Assembly (NCBI RefSeq): GCF_009914755.1
Contig: NC_060927.1
DNA: 64,000 bases
Source: the human T2T-CHM13v2.0 reference genome, Homo sapiens
Strand: one strand, 5' to 3'
A program made the translations under genes and the position numbers. The notes under the pieces were generated by a model. It was not told where the DNA came from, searched no databases, and was given only the letters and a program-made list of their open reading frames with translations. Of this stretch, positions 1 through 14,870 are shown in pieces (position 1 is the stretch's first letter; the number at the start of each line of letters is the position of its first letter).

Positions 1-451
1 TTCAGACATTATCTTCCTTTAAGCTTATTGTCCTCTTGGGAATTGGCAAAGGATTCCCACCCTTTAAAAAGATAGGAAATTGTAAAATCCACACTTAAAA
101 ATTAATCTAAAATTATTTTTCAGGAAGAATTTATACAATGGCAACTAAATGCCCTGCAGCCAATTATGTTTATGATTCCTGCCTCATCTCCAAATGGTAC
201 TAGAGTTTGAGTCATATGAGAAAATTAATTGGGTTGGGCTTGATTGTACATGTATATGTATATAATAATGTTCTGGTTATAATGCAGTTTGCAGTTTTTC
301 TAGTTACAGCTCAAGGCAAAGATGAGAAGCAACACCTATGGGCCTGACTGCCTCTGTCCAGTACTACCATGCCCCATCTCTAACTACTACATTTTTTCCT
401 ATTGAATTCTCCAGTCCACGTAGCATAAGTCCCTTCCTGAACTCAGTTTAT

Positions 452-624
452 TTTTCTAACCCTGGCTGCACGTTAGGATCACCTGCGAACTTCTAAAAGA
501 ATTCCAAAGCCTGAGCCAAGCACCTAGAAGTTCTGACTCATTGCCCTGGGGTAGGACTTTGGCATCATTATTGTTTTAAAAGATCCCCAGATGATTCCGA
601 TGTGGAACCATGTTGAGAAACACT
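452..624. mobile_element. MER5-type hAT-Charlie DNA transposon remnant
   Basis: ttctaaccctggctgcacgttaggatcacctg...ccccagatgattccgatgtg...gttgagaaacact resembles MER5A/B. Confidence 0.7.
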
Positions 625-2087
625 AATCTAGCCTAACCCAGTGAGGTTACAAATGAAGAATTTCACCAGAGAGGTCAAAGTACTTGATTTCCCACAGCAA
701 AGAAATTCCATTTACTGGGTTGAAAACTCCCATCTGTTGACTTTAAATCCAGCATAACAAATATGAGCAAGGTTTTAGAAGGTTTTGGAAACTCATCTGC
801 AGAACAGAGCAAATACAGGCCTATCTAAAAGCATACCTCACAGTAAAGATGGTTAAAAACCAAAACCGGAGGAGGCAGAGTACTCTTGGTGGGGCTGGTA
901 GTGGGGGGAATGGATGATTTTCCAAAAGAGAAAACACTTGACCTGGGTCTGAAAGGCTGGGTATGATTTAAGGCAGGCACTATTGTTCACTTGTTAGCCC
1001 CAGGGCCATGCTACTCCACTTCCTTCAAGGAAACAGAGGGAAGCCGGCAAGTGGCTGCCTGGGGTGTGTGTCCACACACCATATAGAGGCAGTTCTTCAG
1101 CTCTGTCAGCCATGGCCAAAGCAGGCAGTATTTGAACCACCTTGGACCACTCCTGAGGGGCAGCATCAGACACCAGGCATCCTTTCAGACACCATTCTTG
1201 GAGTCTCTTCCCTCCATCACGTAAACCTCACAGCCAACAGTGAAGGCACTGAACTCCTTCCAGGGGCTGAGCAGGCTGCCTTGGGCATGCTCTTCTTGAC
1301 CTTAAAATCCACCTGATAGATCTGGTAGGGAGGTAGAAATTTTGGTGGTAGGAAAGCCAGCAATTATCAGGTCAAAGGGTTTCTGATAAAAGGAGTTATT
1401 CAGCAGAAAGGTAATCAGATTATGGGAGCCTTAAGTGCCAGTTTGGGCTAAATTCTCTGAGTCACTGGCAGATTGTAAGTAGGGGAATGACGTAATAAAA
1501 CCACTGCAAAGCCAGGAGTTTGTGATGGGAAGATAGGAAATCCCTTTCTTTTTTTCCCACATGGGAAATAAAAATCTAAAGATGTGTGGGGAAGCTCCTT
1601 AGAGTGCCAGGACTTTCAGTATCCCCCAATTTATCATTAGGTTCTGTCCAGACCTCGTTCCGCACACAGTAGCCTAGAGACACCTCTGGAATAAGGTGTG
1701 ACAAAAAACAAGGAAATAAATTTATTAATTTTGGAAAATGCCTTCTTTTTCCTAGGCCTCCCTCATAGACATTTTCCTGACAAGTCCCCACTTCAGGTTT
1801 CAGAAAGAGATGCACCATCGTTTGGAATTCTGAAGAAACTCAAGTTTCAATTGAGCTGAGTCTCAGTGGCATGTATTTTATTACATCTAATGCCATTTTA
1901 ATGTACTTGAAACTGGGGAGATGAGGGCAATTGGTACACATGTGTAAACCACTACAAAAAGTTCACCTGAGTGTAGAAGGTAGCCAGTAGCCTAAAAACC
2001 CTGTATTTTGGAGGCTGTTACTTCATAATCTCTATTATGAAATTGGGAAAAATTATGTAATTATCTCTCTAAGATGGTCTTAGATCC

Positions 2088-2357
2088 ACTGTTCAATAGA
2101 ACTTTCTGCAGAGATGAAAATATCTTATACCTGGGCTGTGTTAAGGTTTAAGGACAGCACTGGTATAAGATATTTTCACCTTTGCAGGAAGTTCTATTGA
2201 ACAGTGGGTCTGAGACCATCTTAGATGATACATGTGGCTTGAAACGTAGCAGGTGCAAATAAGGAACTGAATTTCAAATATAGATATATTTTTATTTCAG
2301 TTAACTTGAATTTAAATAGCCACAGGTGGCTCTTGGGTATCATAATGAATAGGGCAG
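2088..2357 (+). mobile_element. MER3 (hAT-Charlie) interrupted by an inverted duplication
   Basis: ctgttcaatagaactttctgca...aggaactgaattt...tttaaatagccacaggtggc matches recalled MER3 consensus. Confidence 0.75.
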
Positions 2358-3611
2358 TTATGGAGCATCATTAAAGTCCCCATTCTTCTCAAGTCCCAAA
2401 GAGGTCCGTTCAGGTAATTTCTTAGCACCTATAATCACAGTGGGACAGATTAAATTACTTGTACTTTTCCATTCCTGTGCTTTGGAATTATAGGCTGTTT
2501 CTTTGTCCTGGAAACCAGATAGTCTAATGTTTGTGGAAATACTACTTAGTAGTGCACTGCAATTATAATACTTTATTGTAGGAGGATGCAGCCAGGCCTT
2601 TTTTTTTTTTTTTTTAATCATCTGTGTTTTTAGTTTTAATCTTAAAAGGATTATAAAAATAGTACTGCCTTGTGGGAGAAAAATATGCTTAAAGTCTATG
2701 AGCATGGAGTGGTAGGGATTATAAACCGTTACAAACTTCTCCTGGAAATTCTGGGGAAAGGGAAGTTAAAGCGGCCAATAGAAATCTCCTAGGAGAAAAC
2801 TTGCCCTGAAGGGATGCTTTTAATTGGGTTCAGTATTTATCAGAAGAACCCTGCAAAAGTGGTTTCCCTGAAGGCATTTGGATTTTCCCCTGTGAATAAA
2901 TTTCACCCACCTTGGTCACCTCTGTGCTGTATTCTCCTAGAAACTCACCTTTATTTGGCATGCTGTGACTTAAATCCTCCAAAAAAAAAAAAAGCCTTTG
3001 AAAAAGCCTGTGGGTTTTTTTTTTTTTTTTTTTTTTTTTTTTCTCTAAAATGTTAATTTCCTTTCTTTAGGCTTGTGTGGGCTTTGACTGGAAACTTAAT
3101 CTGTGTGCCTGGGCTCTGCATTAGGTTTCAGTCATTGAAATGGGGCTTAATAAGAATTACTTGATACCTTAGGAGTCAGACGAGCCTTACATTTATCTTG
3201 GGCTCAGGGATTTGCATTTTGAGAGGTTGTGCCAGCTGACATGAGCCTTTACAGGTTTCAGCTTGTTGCAAACCTAGTTGGGTCCATTTCTCTCACTTCT
3301 GAGACCTTTTGCTGCTGCCACTCATAGCTAACGTGTTTTCCATGGAACACTACTCCTTGTCCCTAATTGTCTTCTCTCCCTACCTCAGCAGTGACACTAC
3401 AGACAGCCAGTCATTTAATACCAGACTCATTCCTTAAGAAGTTGGGATAGAACTTTAATTACACAAGGCATCCAAGCCAGCAGTCAGGGCCCTTTCCAAT
3501 GCGATTACTTTTCAAGCTCTGCCCTGCTTCTCCTTCCATTTCCCTCTGGGCCTTCGTTTTCAGATCTCCTCAGAAGCCGAGGAACGCAGGTCCTTTTGAA
3601 TTTCTTTAGAT

Positions 3612-3790
3612 CAGTGTTGTCCTATAGGACTTTCTGCAATGATGAAAGTATCCTGTCTATTCCTGGCCACATGTGGCTATTAAGCACTTGAAAATGGCTG
3701 GTCTGACTTGGAACTGAATGTATGATTTCATTTAACTTTAGTTAATTTAAATTTATAAATCCATGTGTCCTCATGGCTACTGTGTAGCTC
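3612..3790 (+). mobile_element. MER3 (hAT-Charlie)
   Basis: cagtgttgtcctataggactttctgcaatgatg...gccacatgtggctattaagcacttgaaa. Confidence 0.75.
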
Positions 3791-5111
3791 TATCTAGATT
3801 ATGCCCTTGACTTTTGAACAATGTGTCTTGGGAGAGTTCTCTTGGCTCTGGCCCTCCACTTTCATGAACCAGCTCCTCCCAGTGGGGAAAGAAGAACTCT
3901 CTTTGACTTCAGAACTGACTTCCTTTTATTGCTAAGTTAGACAGGCTAGGCCTTGAGCTTAAAACTCTTCACCAACTGTTTATACCCTCCATACCTGGCC
4001 TCAACATGTCCTTTTTTCTCTGTGACTATATCCTTATTCTTTATCCAGCAACAGCAAATATGCATTAATTTTCTGCAGATAAGGTTTCCTTTGGAACTTA
4101 AGGAAGAGGTATGAAACTTGGCTTTGGAGGACTTAGGGATAGGAAAGCCATCACCAAGTGTTTATAGAGTACCAACCACCGTGTGCCAGCCAATGTTTGA
4201 GATTTGGGGAATACAGAGTGAATTAAAGTCCATGTGTACAAGCTAATAAACAAGATTCTATCAACATGTCAGCAGATAAGTACAGCGCGAGGGTCTGAGA
4301 ACAATGGTAGATGCTTGTAATTTTAGAAGCGGTTGTCAAGAATGGCATCTTTGATAATGTGATATTTGAGCAGTAATTGGTATGAAATCGGGATGAAGAA
4401 GGCAGATCTCTGGGTTAAGCGCATTCTAGTTGGAGGGAACAGCAAGTACAGTGTCCTAAAAACAGACTGTGCTTGTCATTTCCTCCCCTCCTCCCCCATG
4501 GTTTCTCATTTTTGCTTCTCTTTCTAAGAGTTACATTTATAGGCATACATTTTTACACTGGACATCACAAGAAATTGAGCGAGTTCACAACTCCACTGGT
4601 GCTGGTAAAAAGATTATGCTAAGATGGATAAAAGACTATGAAACATAGTCAAAATGCACTTCTCAGTCACCTCTGGCCATACGATTTTACACATCTGGGT
4701 TCTCACCCCAGAATGAGATAGGTTTAATAGATAAGATTCAGTGTGGGGCAAATCTAAGGTGCCAAAGTTAGGTACATACTAGAACTTCCATAAAGAGTTG
4801 TCTTAAGAAATAGAAAGCATTATAATTTGACTTTGTAGCCAAAGGTCATTCAAAACATTTCAAAGTTTAGATCACTTATTCCAGTTTTATCTCTAGTACT
4901 AAATGTTATTTCAGCACACAAATGTGGTCATTCCCCATGGATGGAAGGAGCCAGCTGTGTTCCAGAACTATGTTGGAAGATTGCACCTTGAAGACTGTGT
5001 GCATGGTTCTCATTTTCCATCTTAAAATCACTGCTGGAATCTATCTTGACTTTTCCACAGCCCATTGACAACTGTCATTATGTAAATACTGTCCTTTTTT
5101 CTCACCAACTA

Positions 5112-5484
5112 CTGTGGCTGATGTCTCCCCTCCAAAATTTATGTTGAAACTTAATCCCCATTGTGGTGGTATCAAGAGACGGAGATTTGGGGGAAGTGAT
5201 TAAGTCATGAGTGGATTAGTCCCACATAAAAGGGCTGGAGGTAACCAGCCTGGATCCTTTTGCCCTTCCATTTTCTGCTATGTGATGACACAGTACTGGT
5301 CCTCTCTAGAGGACACAGCAACAAAGCACCATCTTGGAAGCAGGAAAGGGGGCTCTTACGAGACATCAGAACTGCCAGTGCCTTGATTTTGGACTTGTCA
5401 GCCTCTAGAACTGTGAAAAATTTCTGTCCTTTATAAATCACCCAGTCTCACATATTTTGTATGGCAGCCAAACAGACTAAGTTA
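5112..5484 (+). mobile_element. MaLR solo LTR (MST/MLT1A-like)
   Basis: atgttgaaacttaatcccca...gaactgccagtgccttgattttggactt...agcctctagaactgtga...tttataaatcacccagtctc...aaacagactaag. Confidence 0.8.
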
Positions 5485-5523
5485 CCAACCTTAGTGGGAT
5501 TGCTAGGACTTGGAAAGGAGTAG

Positions 5524-5827
<304 letters not shown>

Positions 5828-8129
5828 GGGAGTAGATATTTTAATCACAGGAGGTAGCATCAGAAAAGTTGCAGCTACTCACCACAAGAGAGACCTTTAT
5901 GATGTTTACTGCAAATTGCATCAAGGTCATGACAGCAATGAGTAATGCCCAGGAAAGGCGAAGATCAACCTTACACTTTTTCATCTAACTGCACTGTGAG
6001 AAAACAAGCAAAATTGCCCAGTTTAAGGGCAGATTCTCAGATTTTGTTTCAAATTTCCTGCCCTTTGTTGTCCTTTCTAGAAGCCTTAACAATACTTGCA
6101 ACTTCTTTCTTTTTTTTTTTTTTTTTTTTTACTTCCTCTGCTTGAAAAACATGAAGGGGGAAGTTTCAAAGTGTTTGGTGTTATCTTAGAAACCAAAGTG
6201 AATCTGAATGTGTCTTTCTGTCCTTTTTGTGTCATTTTTCAAAATGAAAGGGACCTTTAAGTTCATCATGTCCAACCCATTTGTTTGACTGGTTGGAGAA
6301 CAGGCACAGAGAGTGGTTGGGTAATTGCCCTTGAACTCAAAGCCCCCTCATGGTCGATTCAGAGCCTTCTCCACTGCAACCTGCTGCCATTCCCAGCATG
6401 GTGAATTCTCCTCCAGTAGAAGTCATATAGCAATGTTTTATAATTAACTTTTACGTGAGCAAATGAGCTCCAGGAGAGAAGATTAAGGAATATTGCTTTC
6501 CATATATCTGGATGGCCCAGAACACTTTTTAACTAGGTACTTAAAAATCTACTACAATTGTTGTTGCCCATATTCTTCTGTAATTCTTTCATCAGCTGTG
6601 AATGAAAGTACAGCAGTTTTATTTCCTTGAAAAGTAAGCCAAACATGATTTTATTTCAATATTTTAGAATTCCACAATCTTAAGACACATCATTGCCTTC
6701 CCATCTCTGCATGTTAAACTTACTAATTTTATTAGCATGTTGCGAAATAACACACTAAGTGTCTCAAAGCCAAAGTAGATCAGCTCTCGCCTGATAAATG
6801 TGCAGGAGTAAGCAGAGGATTTGAAAATTGAACTGGATTCTCAAGTTACTGCCTGTTTGCCAGACCTATGCTGGTTATGAACAATATTTCAAAACCAGAT
6901 TATTTGGTTCTAGATCCTAAACACTCTTGGCAACTTTATTGTAACGATGATTGATTCCATTGTATATTTGAAAGCATCAGGGCACAGTGGTAACAAAAAA
7001 TTATTATATTTCAATTTGTCTATTCATTCAAATTTCCTGAAAGGTTTTTTAGAAGTCATCAAACTGCTACATTCTATTGATGAGTAGGAATAGATTTACC
7101 AAACTCATACTTATCTTGTCATTTGTTTCCTGCAATTTTCTTTGGTGTGAGAGAGCATTGCATGGAATGTTACCTTTCTAGCAAGTGAATGCTTGTGTGG
7201 CATTTTTTACTGTCTAGAGGATTTTCACAGGTACTTCAAGCATGTTTGCTCTTCATCATGATCCTACATGGGACGATTTCATAAATCAGGAAATGGAGGT
7301 TTCAAGAAGTTAAGTGGCCCACAGCTAATACATGTAAGAGCCTGAATTCACACTCAAGTTTTTACCTTAAAACTCTTGGGCTTCACCAAGCTGACCTTAT
7401 TATATATGTCTCCTAAAATAAGTGAAGTAATTACAAAGAACCAAAGCTTTTGTCTAAGAAACTTATTGCTTCCCCACCCCTTGTATACTTTCTTCAACTC
7501 CTAGTAGTCACACCTGTGTCTTTGCCTTGTACTGGAATGTGTGTAAAGTTCTACTCTTAAACTTTTTGATGGAATATCTATTTCATTGTGGAGTATCAGG
7601 AAGGATGAGGGCTTGTGTGTCACCATTGGCTTTGTCTTTTATTTGCTTTCTCTCATTGATATGATATGATAAGTTATTTCATCTCTTTGACCCTTAATTT
7701 CTCCATCTATAAAATGTTAATGACAAAATTGCATGGTGGTTGTGATAAGTAAATGAAATAATCATCACAGTACTTAATACTGGACTAAGCATTTGGTCTG
7801 CATTCGATAAATCATGATCATGGTAATAATAATTATTAACATCACATAGATCTGATTTCTAAAGTAGATGTCCTCTGGCCTTGAACTGAAATGTGATTAT
7901 ACACATTAGAGAATTACATGCATGTTAAAAATATTCATATTAGAGAGTTAAATCATGACTTTTTGCATTCTAGTTAAACCCTAATATTAGAAGAGAGAAT
8001 TGAATGTGCAGGTGAAATAATCATTAATTGTAAACATTCAGGTGGCCATAGGGGCCTGGCAGGGGAGTAGGTGACATGAAGGAGTGTCAGGGAGGAGGCA
8101 AATTTGAGGACACAGAGACTTTCTCAAGA

Positions 8130-8355
8130 GGAGCATCTCAGCTCACAGTCAGCTGACTGTTGTCTTGGGATGGTGTGGGCCCACTGTTTCCAAGTCTTTT
8201 TTATTTCTTTAAGTGGAATTAGAAAACCAGTTTTGCATGTGAAATCTCTGAATTTTAAAACTTGGTTTATATTTTAAAAAGAAAAGAGTTCAGGCCAAAC
8301 AGAACACATCTGTGCTCTGTATCCAGCTCTTGTACCCACTGTAGCAATTTCTGCT
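8130..8355. mobile_element. MER103-like hAT DNA transposon remnant
   Basis: atgtgaaatctctgaattttaaaacttgg...ggccaaacagaacacatctg resembles MER103C. Confidence 0.55.
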
Positions 8356-10638
8356 TTAGCTTCTCAGTCTGTGCCCAAGTTATTTGGTTGTTAGAAACCA
8401 AGCGCCTTGGACCTCGTTATATTACTTTTTAAAGGGATGCCTTTCCCAAATATGGTAGTACTCTGGCCCTTTTCCAGAGAAAATATGGAAATCATCTGTT
8501 TTGACCAATATTTTCACATGTTTAATAAAACTGTAATTGAAAAACCTTTCAGGTACCAGGCATGCACAAGAACCCCGCAGCATATTTTGAAAAACTGAAG
8601 CAAAAGCCTCCACGGAGAAATTTATCAGTGAAAATTCTGCTCTCACAGAACATTGATATTCGGACCAAATCCCATGCTTAGTTGAGGCAAATGGTTCATT
8701 TCAGGGGCTGATTTTTCAGATTCTCTAATAGTCACTATCTTTTAAAAATCTGTTCTTACCAGATTTTGTGTTAGTTTCTGCATTTTCCATTAAGCTGCCT
8801 CAGTACTTTGAGATAAAGAATTGTTTAAATCCTAAATGAATAACTTAATTAAAAAGCACATCTTCATTTAGACCTTCCTTATTTCCAAAGCTCTTTTGAT
8901 GAAAATCATTTCGTGCATTTTTAAAAATTCCCTAGAAGAACTTAAAGATCTGGAGGAAAGGACCATGTCTTATCCTGTCCCCCTTCCCTCAAGGTTTTAA
9001 ATATGAGGGCTCTCAGAAAGCAGCACATTTTCGTTTAGGTTGACTAATTTTGCTGGTAAGTAACAAATTACTTTAGTTGAATTGGAATGTTGTAAAACTC
9101 CGTCAGTCGTGTATCATTATCTTGCCTCTATCAGTCTGTGCCATTTACCAATGTTTTGACCATCACCAAGAGAGTTATTTAATCATCTTTTATTTTCAAT
9201 AATAAATTATTTCCTTGTTGCTACAGCACTCCAAGTCCTGTCAACTGAGGGAGAATTGTTTTCTCAGTTGCTGTCACTTTAGGTAAAGTACCAACTTTAA
9301 AGCACTTCTCAGCAGAGGCATAAAGTTATTATTTTGACAGTTCATGAAATAGTGCTCCATTCTACTCTTTCACTTGATCTAATATACCATTTGCATTTAT
9401 ATGGCTTAACTTTTTTAACTGGCTTCCTGTTCTTCTCAGCCCCAAACCCTACATTCTGGTTTTTGACTCATCTCATAGTCCCTGCAGTCAGTCTTTGCCA
9501 GATAAAGGCACTGTTAAAGTGAGCTTTATCAATGAAAAACTTAAGAATTTCATGTATTGATGACAGTATTTACTATAAACTGCTTGCTTCTCCCCAGCTT
9601 TCAGAAATTTGTTTTATTCACTGGGTCCTATTAGAGCTGAAAGAGCATGATTGAGAAAGTTACAATTGTTTCAGCTTTTTGAATATGGCACAAGTGCTAG
9701 AATTCTGAAATACTGCCTTTGGCAACAATGTGTAGATATTTCCACCTGCAAGAGTCATTTTAAATGTTTAGATTTTGTCTCCTGTTATGTGGCCTGTATC
9801 TCAGAGAGGTCCCCTTCCACTAAAAACAAAAACAAACAAAAAACAGAAAAATAAATGAAAATTCAGCAAGCGTTGGGGGGACTCAAATTGTACTTCATTC
9901 TTCAATGATACAAGAAAGCAAGAAAACCAAGTATGCATTTTTAGGATTTATTTGGGGTCATTGGGGCTGGTAAGTGTTAAATAGGAAAGGATGCAATTGA
10001 AATTCCAGCTCAGTTATTTTATGTTTGTCACTGGAGAAAGCCAATTATTTTTCCGTTCAGCTACAGCTTGTTTCATTCCGTAGAAGACTAAAAAAACTTC
10101 CTTGTAAATTACATTTAAAAAAATTTGAGTTTAAAGGTACAGCCAAGATTTCAATTTAAAGTACCTCATTGGATGAATTCATTTGAGACACAAGTAATCA
10201 TTCCTTAATCCCTTAATTTGTTTGGTAAATACAAATTTATGTTTATGCAGTTTTCTTAAAGCAATCATAGCAAACTACTAAATTCATGAGCCAAAATGCT
10301 AGTGAAACTCAAACCTACAAAGCTAAATTCCCTCAGTTGAACAAGTCCAAATGAGGAAATCACACACATAAATGCATAAACACACACACTCACACACACA
10401 CTTCCCGTATCAGCTCTGTCTCCATTTCTGACCTCATGTTTGCATTTAAAGGCAAGTAACTGATTCACATGAGGTTGCAGTTGTTAATGTTGCCTCTCAA
10501 ACTAGAATATAAGCCATAGGAGGGTAGGGACCAACCTGGTGTTTGTTTTAGATCTCTTGTTGTGTGGAGAGTATCCCAGACATTTGATATCCTTAATTGT
10601 TGGCCAGATGGTAGGTAGTTTCAGTGTGAAAATATATA

Positions 10639-10642
<4 letters not shown>

Positions 10643-10680
<38 letters not shown>
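10643..10680. repeat. (TG)n microsatellite
   Basis: About 19 TG units. Confidence 0.97.
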
Positions 10681-10683
<3 letters not shown>

Positions 10684-10684
<1 letters not shown>

Positions 10685-10721
10685 GTGCTGGGATTACAGG
10701 CGTGAGCCACCGCACCCGGCC
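10684..10721 (-). mobile_element. Isolated Alu 5' fragment (~38 bp)
   Basis: Reverse complement reads ggccgggtgcggtggctcacgcctgtaatcccagcact, then runs into (CA)n. Confidence 0.9.
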
Positions 10722-11203
10722 CGTACTAGGTATTTTACTAGAATTATTTCCTGCTCTAAGAGATTTTAGAGTATTGATTATGTCATTCTTGACAGGTTTT
10801 AAAAACAATATTAGTATTACAAAAACATGTGCATGAAAAGGAAAATTGATGCTTTTGAGCTTATCTCTTTATTTTCTGCCCACATGGTGGTCTCCCTATT
10901 AGGTATTGTTTCTCCACTTCTGATCCTGGTGCCCAGAGGCTATGTGGGGCTGTCACTTGAATGAAAGCTGCATGCATCTGCCATGACAGAATCTGCCTTG
11001 CATTTGCTCATTTATAATGAAAACATTTTTTAAGTACAGAAAAATAATAGAAAATTCAAAAGTAACAGAAGGGTATGAAATAAAAAGTTGCTTCTCAACC
11101 TCAGTTTTCTACCTATTTATTTTCCTTTTACAGGGCCAAATAATGTTTGATTCTCATGTCCTTGCATCTACTCCCAGAGACCGTCTAAATATATAAGCAT
11201 GCA

Positions 11204-11210
11204 TGTGTGT

Positions 11211-11242
<32 letters not shown>
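11204..11242. repeat. (TG)n microsatellite, interrupted
   Basis: tgtgtgtgcacgtgtgtgtg... Confidence 0.95.
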
Positions 11243-11265
11243 ATTCCCTTTAAAAAGCAGTAACA

Positions 11266-12092
<827 letters not shown>

Positions 12093-13718
12093 GTAACTCT
12101 ATACATTGGTCTCTACCTTGCTTATTTTCTTGAATGCTATAGCCTGGGCTTCAACACTTATAAAGATAGCCACATGGAGCTGCCCTCTGCTTTTTAGTCG
12201 TTGCGTTGTGTTCCTTGTTTGGATTTGTCTAATTTATTTTACTAGTCTTCTCTTGATGAGTGGTTAAAAAAAAAACCTGTTTGTCCTTACAAACAACACT
12301 GCAGCGAATTTATCAATGAATATCATAAATTTTTAGAAGCGAAAGTGCGAGGCAAAAGGCTATTTGCGTTTGCAGTGTTGATTGATATCAATAACATGTA
12401 CTCCTGAGATGTTATACCTGTTTACAACACAGCATTATGAGAATGTTTGTTTCCCCATACTTTACCCAGCTCACTGTGTTATCTGACTTATTGATCTTTT
12501 TCAAAATGAGTTAGGTGAAATATGGTATGCATTTTTAATCTGCATTTCTCTTGTTAGCAATGAGGTTGACATGCTTCGCTTTTAGAGCTTATTCTCTGGT
12601 GACATGATCAGGAAGTAATATTTAAAGTAGCGTTTTTTTAACACAATATAGAGAACTCATATGATTTGTTATTTGTTTCCAATAAGCATTGATAATGATT
12701 TTAAATGGCATTAATTCTTCTGGCACTTGTAGAATACTTACTATTTAAAAGCAAGAATTATAAGGCATTGTCATTTCACAGAGATTTTAGAGTATTCACT
12801 TTGTCATCTCTGAAAGGTTTTAAAGTATTATTACTACAAAAATATTTGCATAAGAAGGAGAATTGATGCCTTCAGGTCACTTGTCTCTGTTTTCTTCCTG
12901 CACACGCCATAGTCTCCCTGTTAGCTAAATGATGGTATCTCTAGTATTGACCTTGGTACCACAGAGACCATGTGGACTGTCAGTCGAAGGAAAGCCCGAT
13001 ACCTCTCTTCTCTCAAGGTATAATTAGATAAAGCATTAGGGTTCAAACACATTTTTAAAAACTAAAAAGAAGGTATTGTATTAGAAGTTCCAATTAGAGT
13101 GTGCAATAGATGTTCAGCAAAAAGAACTATTCCTAAAATGTTCCTATCTTTGGTTTAATCACAAGGTGTTTGTTTGGTTGGTTGGTTGGTTGTAGTAATT
13201 GGCCAAGGTATCTGATTGGCTTGGGGATGTCTTTCCTGAAGAATTATACAGGGAATCCTCTCAGATTGCTTGACTTTCTTCTTTGTTCTGGGTGGGAGGA
13301 AGTGTGTGACTAGCCAATAGCCTTGTCCCACCTTGTCTCAAGGGTCGGAGCTGCTGTTGCCAGCATCACAGGCCACAGCGGCTTTCTGCCAGATGGCTGC
13401 CTCAGTATCTGACTCGGAAATGCTGCAGGCAATTAAAAACCTCCTTTCAGAGAACATGTCTTTCAATTCTGGGCCCATATGGTGATCAGGGCCTCTGGGT
13501 TTGCAATCATTTAAGAGGTCAGGCTCAAGAGAAAAGCATATGGAAAGAACTGGAAGATGAGAAATGCCTGTAAAAAGGTGAAGAATAGGTATTTAATTTC
13601 ACTAACTCCAAAATGACTGGAGAAAGGGAAACAATTATTAAAAACTGGGTTCTCCACAGCCTTCCCACTCAACATATAGTGGGCTGGCATCACCCAGGGC
13701 AGCAGCTCCCTTCCTATC

Positions 13719-14012
13719 TGTAAGGTCAGTTTCGTGTGTACTTGGCTAGGTTCTGGTGCCCACTAATCTCATTGTTGCTGTGAAGGTATGTTGTAGATGT
13801 GATTAACAGCTAAAATCATTTGACTTTAAGTAAAAGAAATCATTCTCTATAATGTGAGTGGGCCTCATCCAATCAACTGAACAGCCTTAAGAGCAAAAGC
13901 TGAGGTTTCTGAGAGAAAAAATACTGCCTCAAAACTGCAGCATTGATTTCTGCCTGAGTTCCCAGGCTGCCAGTCTGCCCTATAAATTTCAGACTTGCCA
14001 GCCCCCACAATA
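13719..14012 (+). mobile_element. MLT2-family ERVL LTR, partial
   Basis: gttgctgtgaaggtat...gatgtgattaaca...gtgggcctcatccaatcaactgaa...ttcagacttgccagcccccacaat. Confidence 0.8.
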
Positions 14013-14870
14013 CCACTATGCTACACCTGCAGGTTAAAAATATTCCCAAAGTACTTGTGTATTAATATTTGAGAAGCAGTACTCTAAAACAGTAAATTCT
14101 ATCCACCAGTTTCCATGGATTATTCTTTGAGATGTTATTTAATTGTGTCAATTTCAGTGGTCTTACTATGAATATATAACACTAATCAAGACATCCACAG
14201 GTATTTGTAGAACAAATAAATTTCTGAGTTTCCCCCCACAAAAAACACTCCAGAAAACAACAGTCGGTAGATACATGAATTCAATGATACACGAATGCAT
14301 GAATTCAGTGATACATGAATGCATTTCTGACAAGTGTTTATGGTTATTGTTAAACCTTGAGATTTTACCTAATGGTTCAGCTAATAATAGACACTATTTC
14401 AAAGATTTGGACTAAGGTCATATTCAGAATTTCTAATATTTATCTGAAATAAGTCTAAATCTTATTAGGCTGCTCATCTGACCCTCAAAGACAATAGTAC
14501 AGTTCCAGAAATAGACACAGCTAAGCAGTCAATTCATATTCTCAAGACCTGGAACCTCTGTCTGTAGGCAGTGAGTGTGGGGAAAATGTGAGATAAAATG
14601 GGGAAGGTGGTATGACCTAGAGTGAAGGTTTTGATATTACTCATGGGCTTATTTGAAGAGAAGTGAAATATTATGGGCCATGTGATACTATCATATGCTG
14701 AGAGATGCTACCCATGTTCACTTCCTTTAGTGGATGGCTTTCTAGGTGACAGATATTCTTATTGGAACTTCTTTCTGGAGAACTTTATGAATAACGAATT
14801 TGCCTATTAGGGGTAGAAAATTCTCTAAAGATGGTTAGCTGCTCACAGAGAGTCTATAGGAATCGAAGTA

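Noticed and set aside
1008-1316. 102-aa ORF in intron 1
   Set aside because: No recognisable domain; I found a possible phase-1 acceptor at 1029 but no frame-preserving donor near the expected cassette-exon length
14270-14324. ~24-bp tandem duplication catgaattca(a/g)tgataca(c/t)gaatg
   Set aside because: Only ~2 units without spacers; ordinary slippage duplication, not a CRISPR-like array
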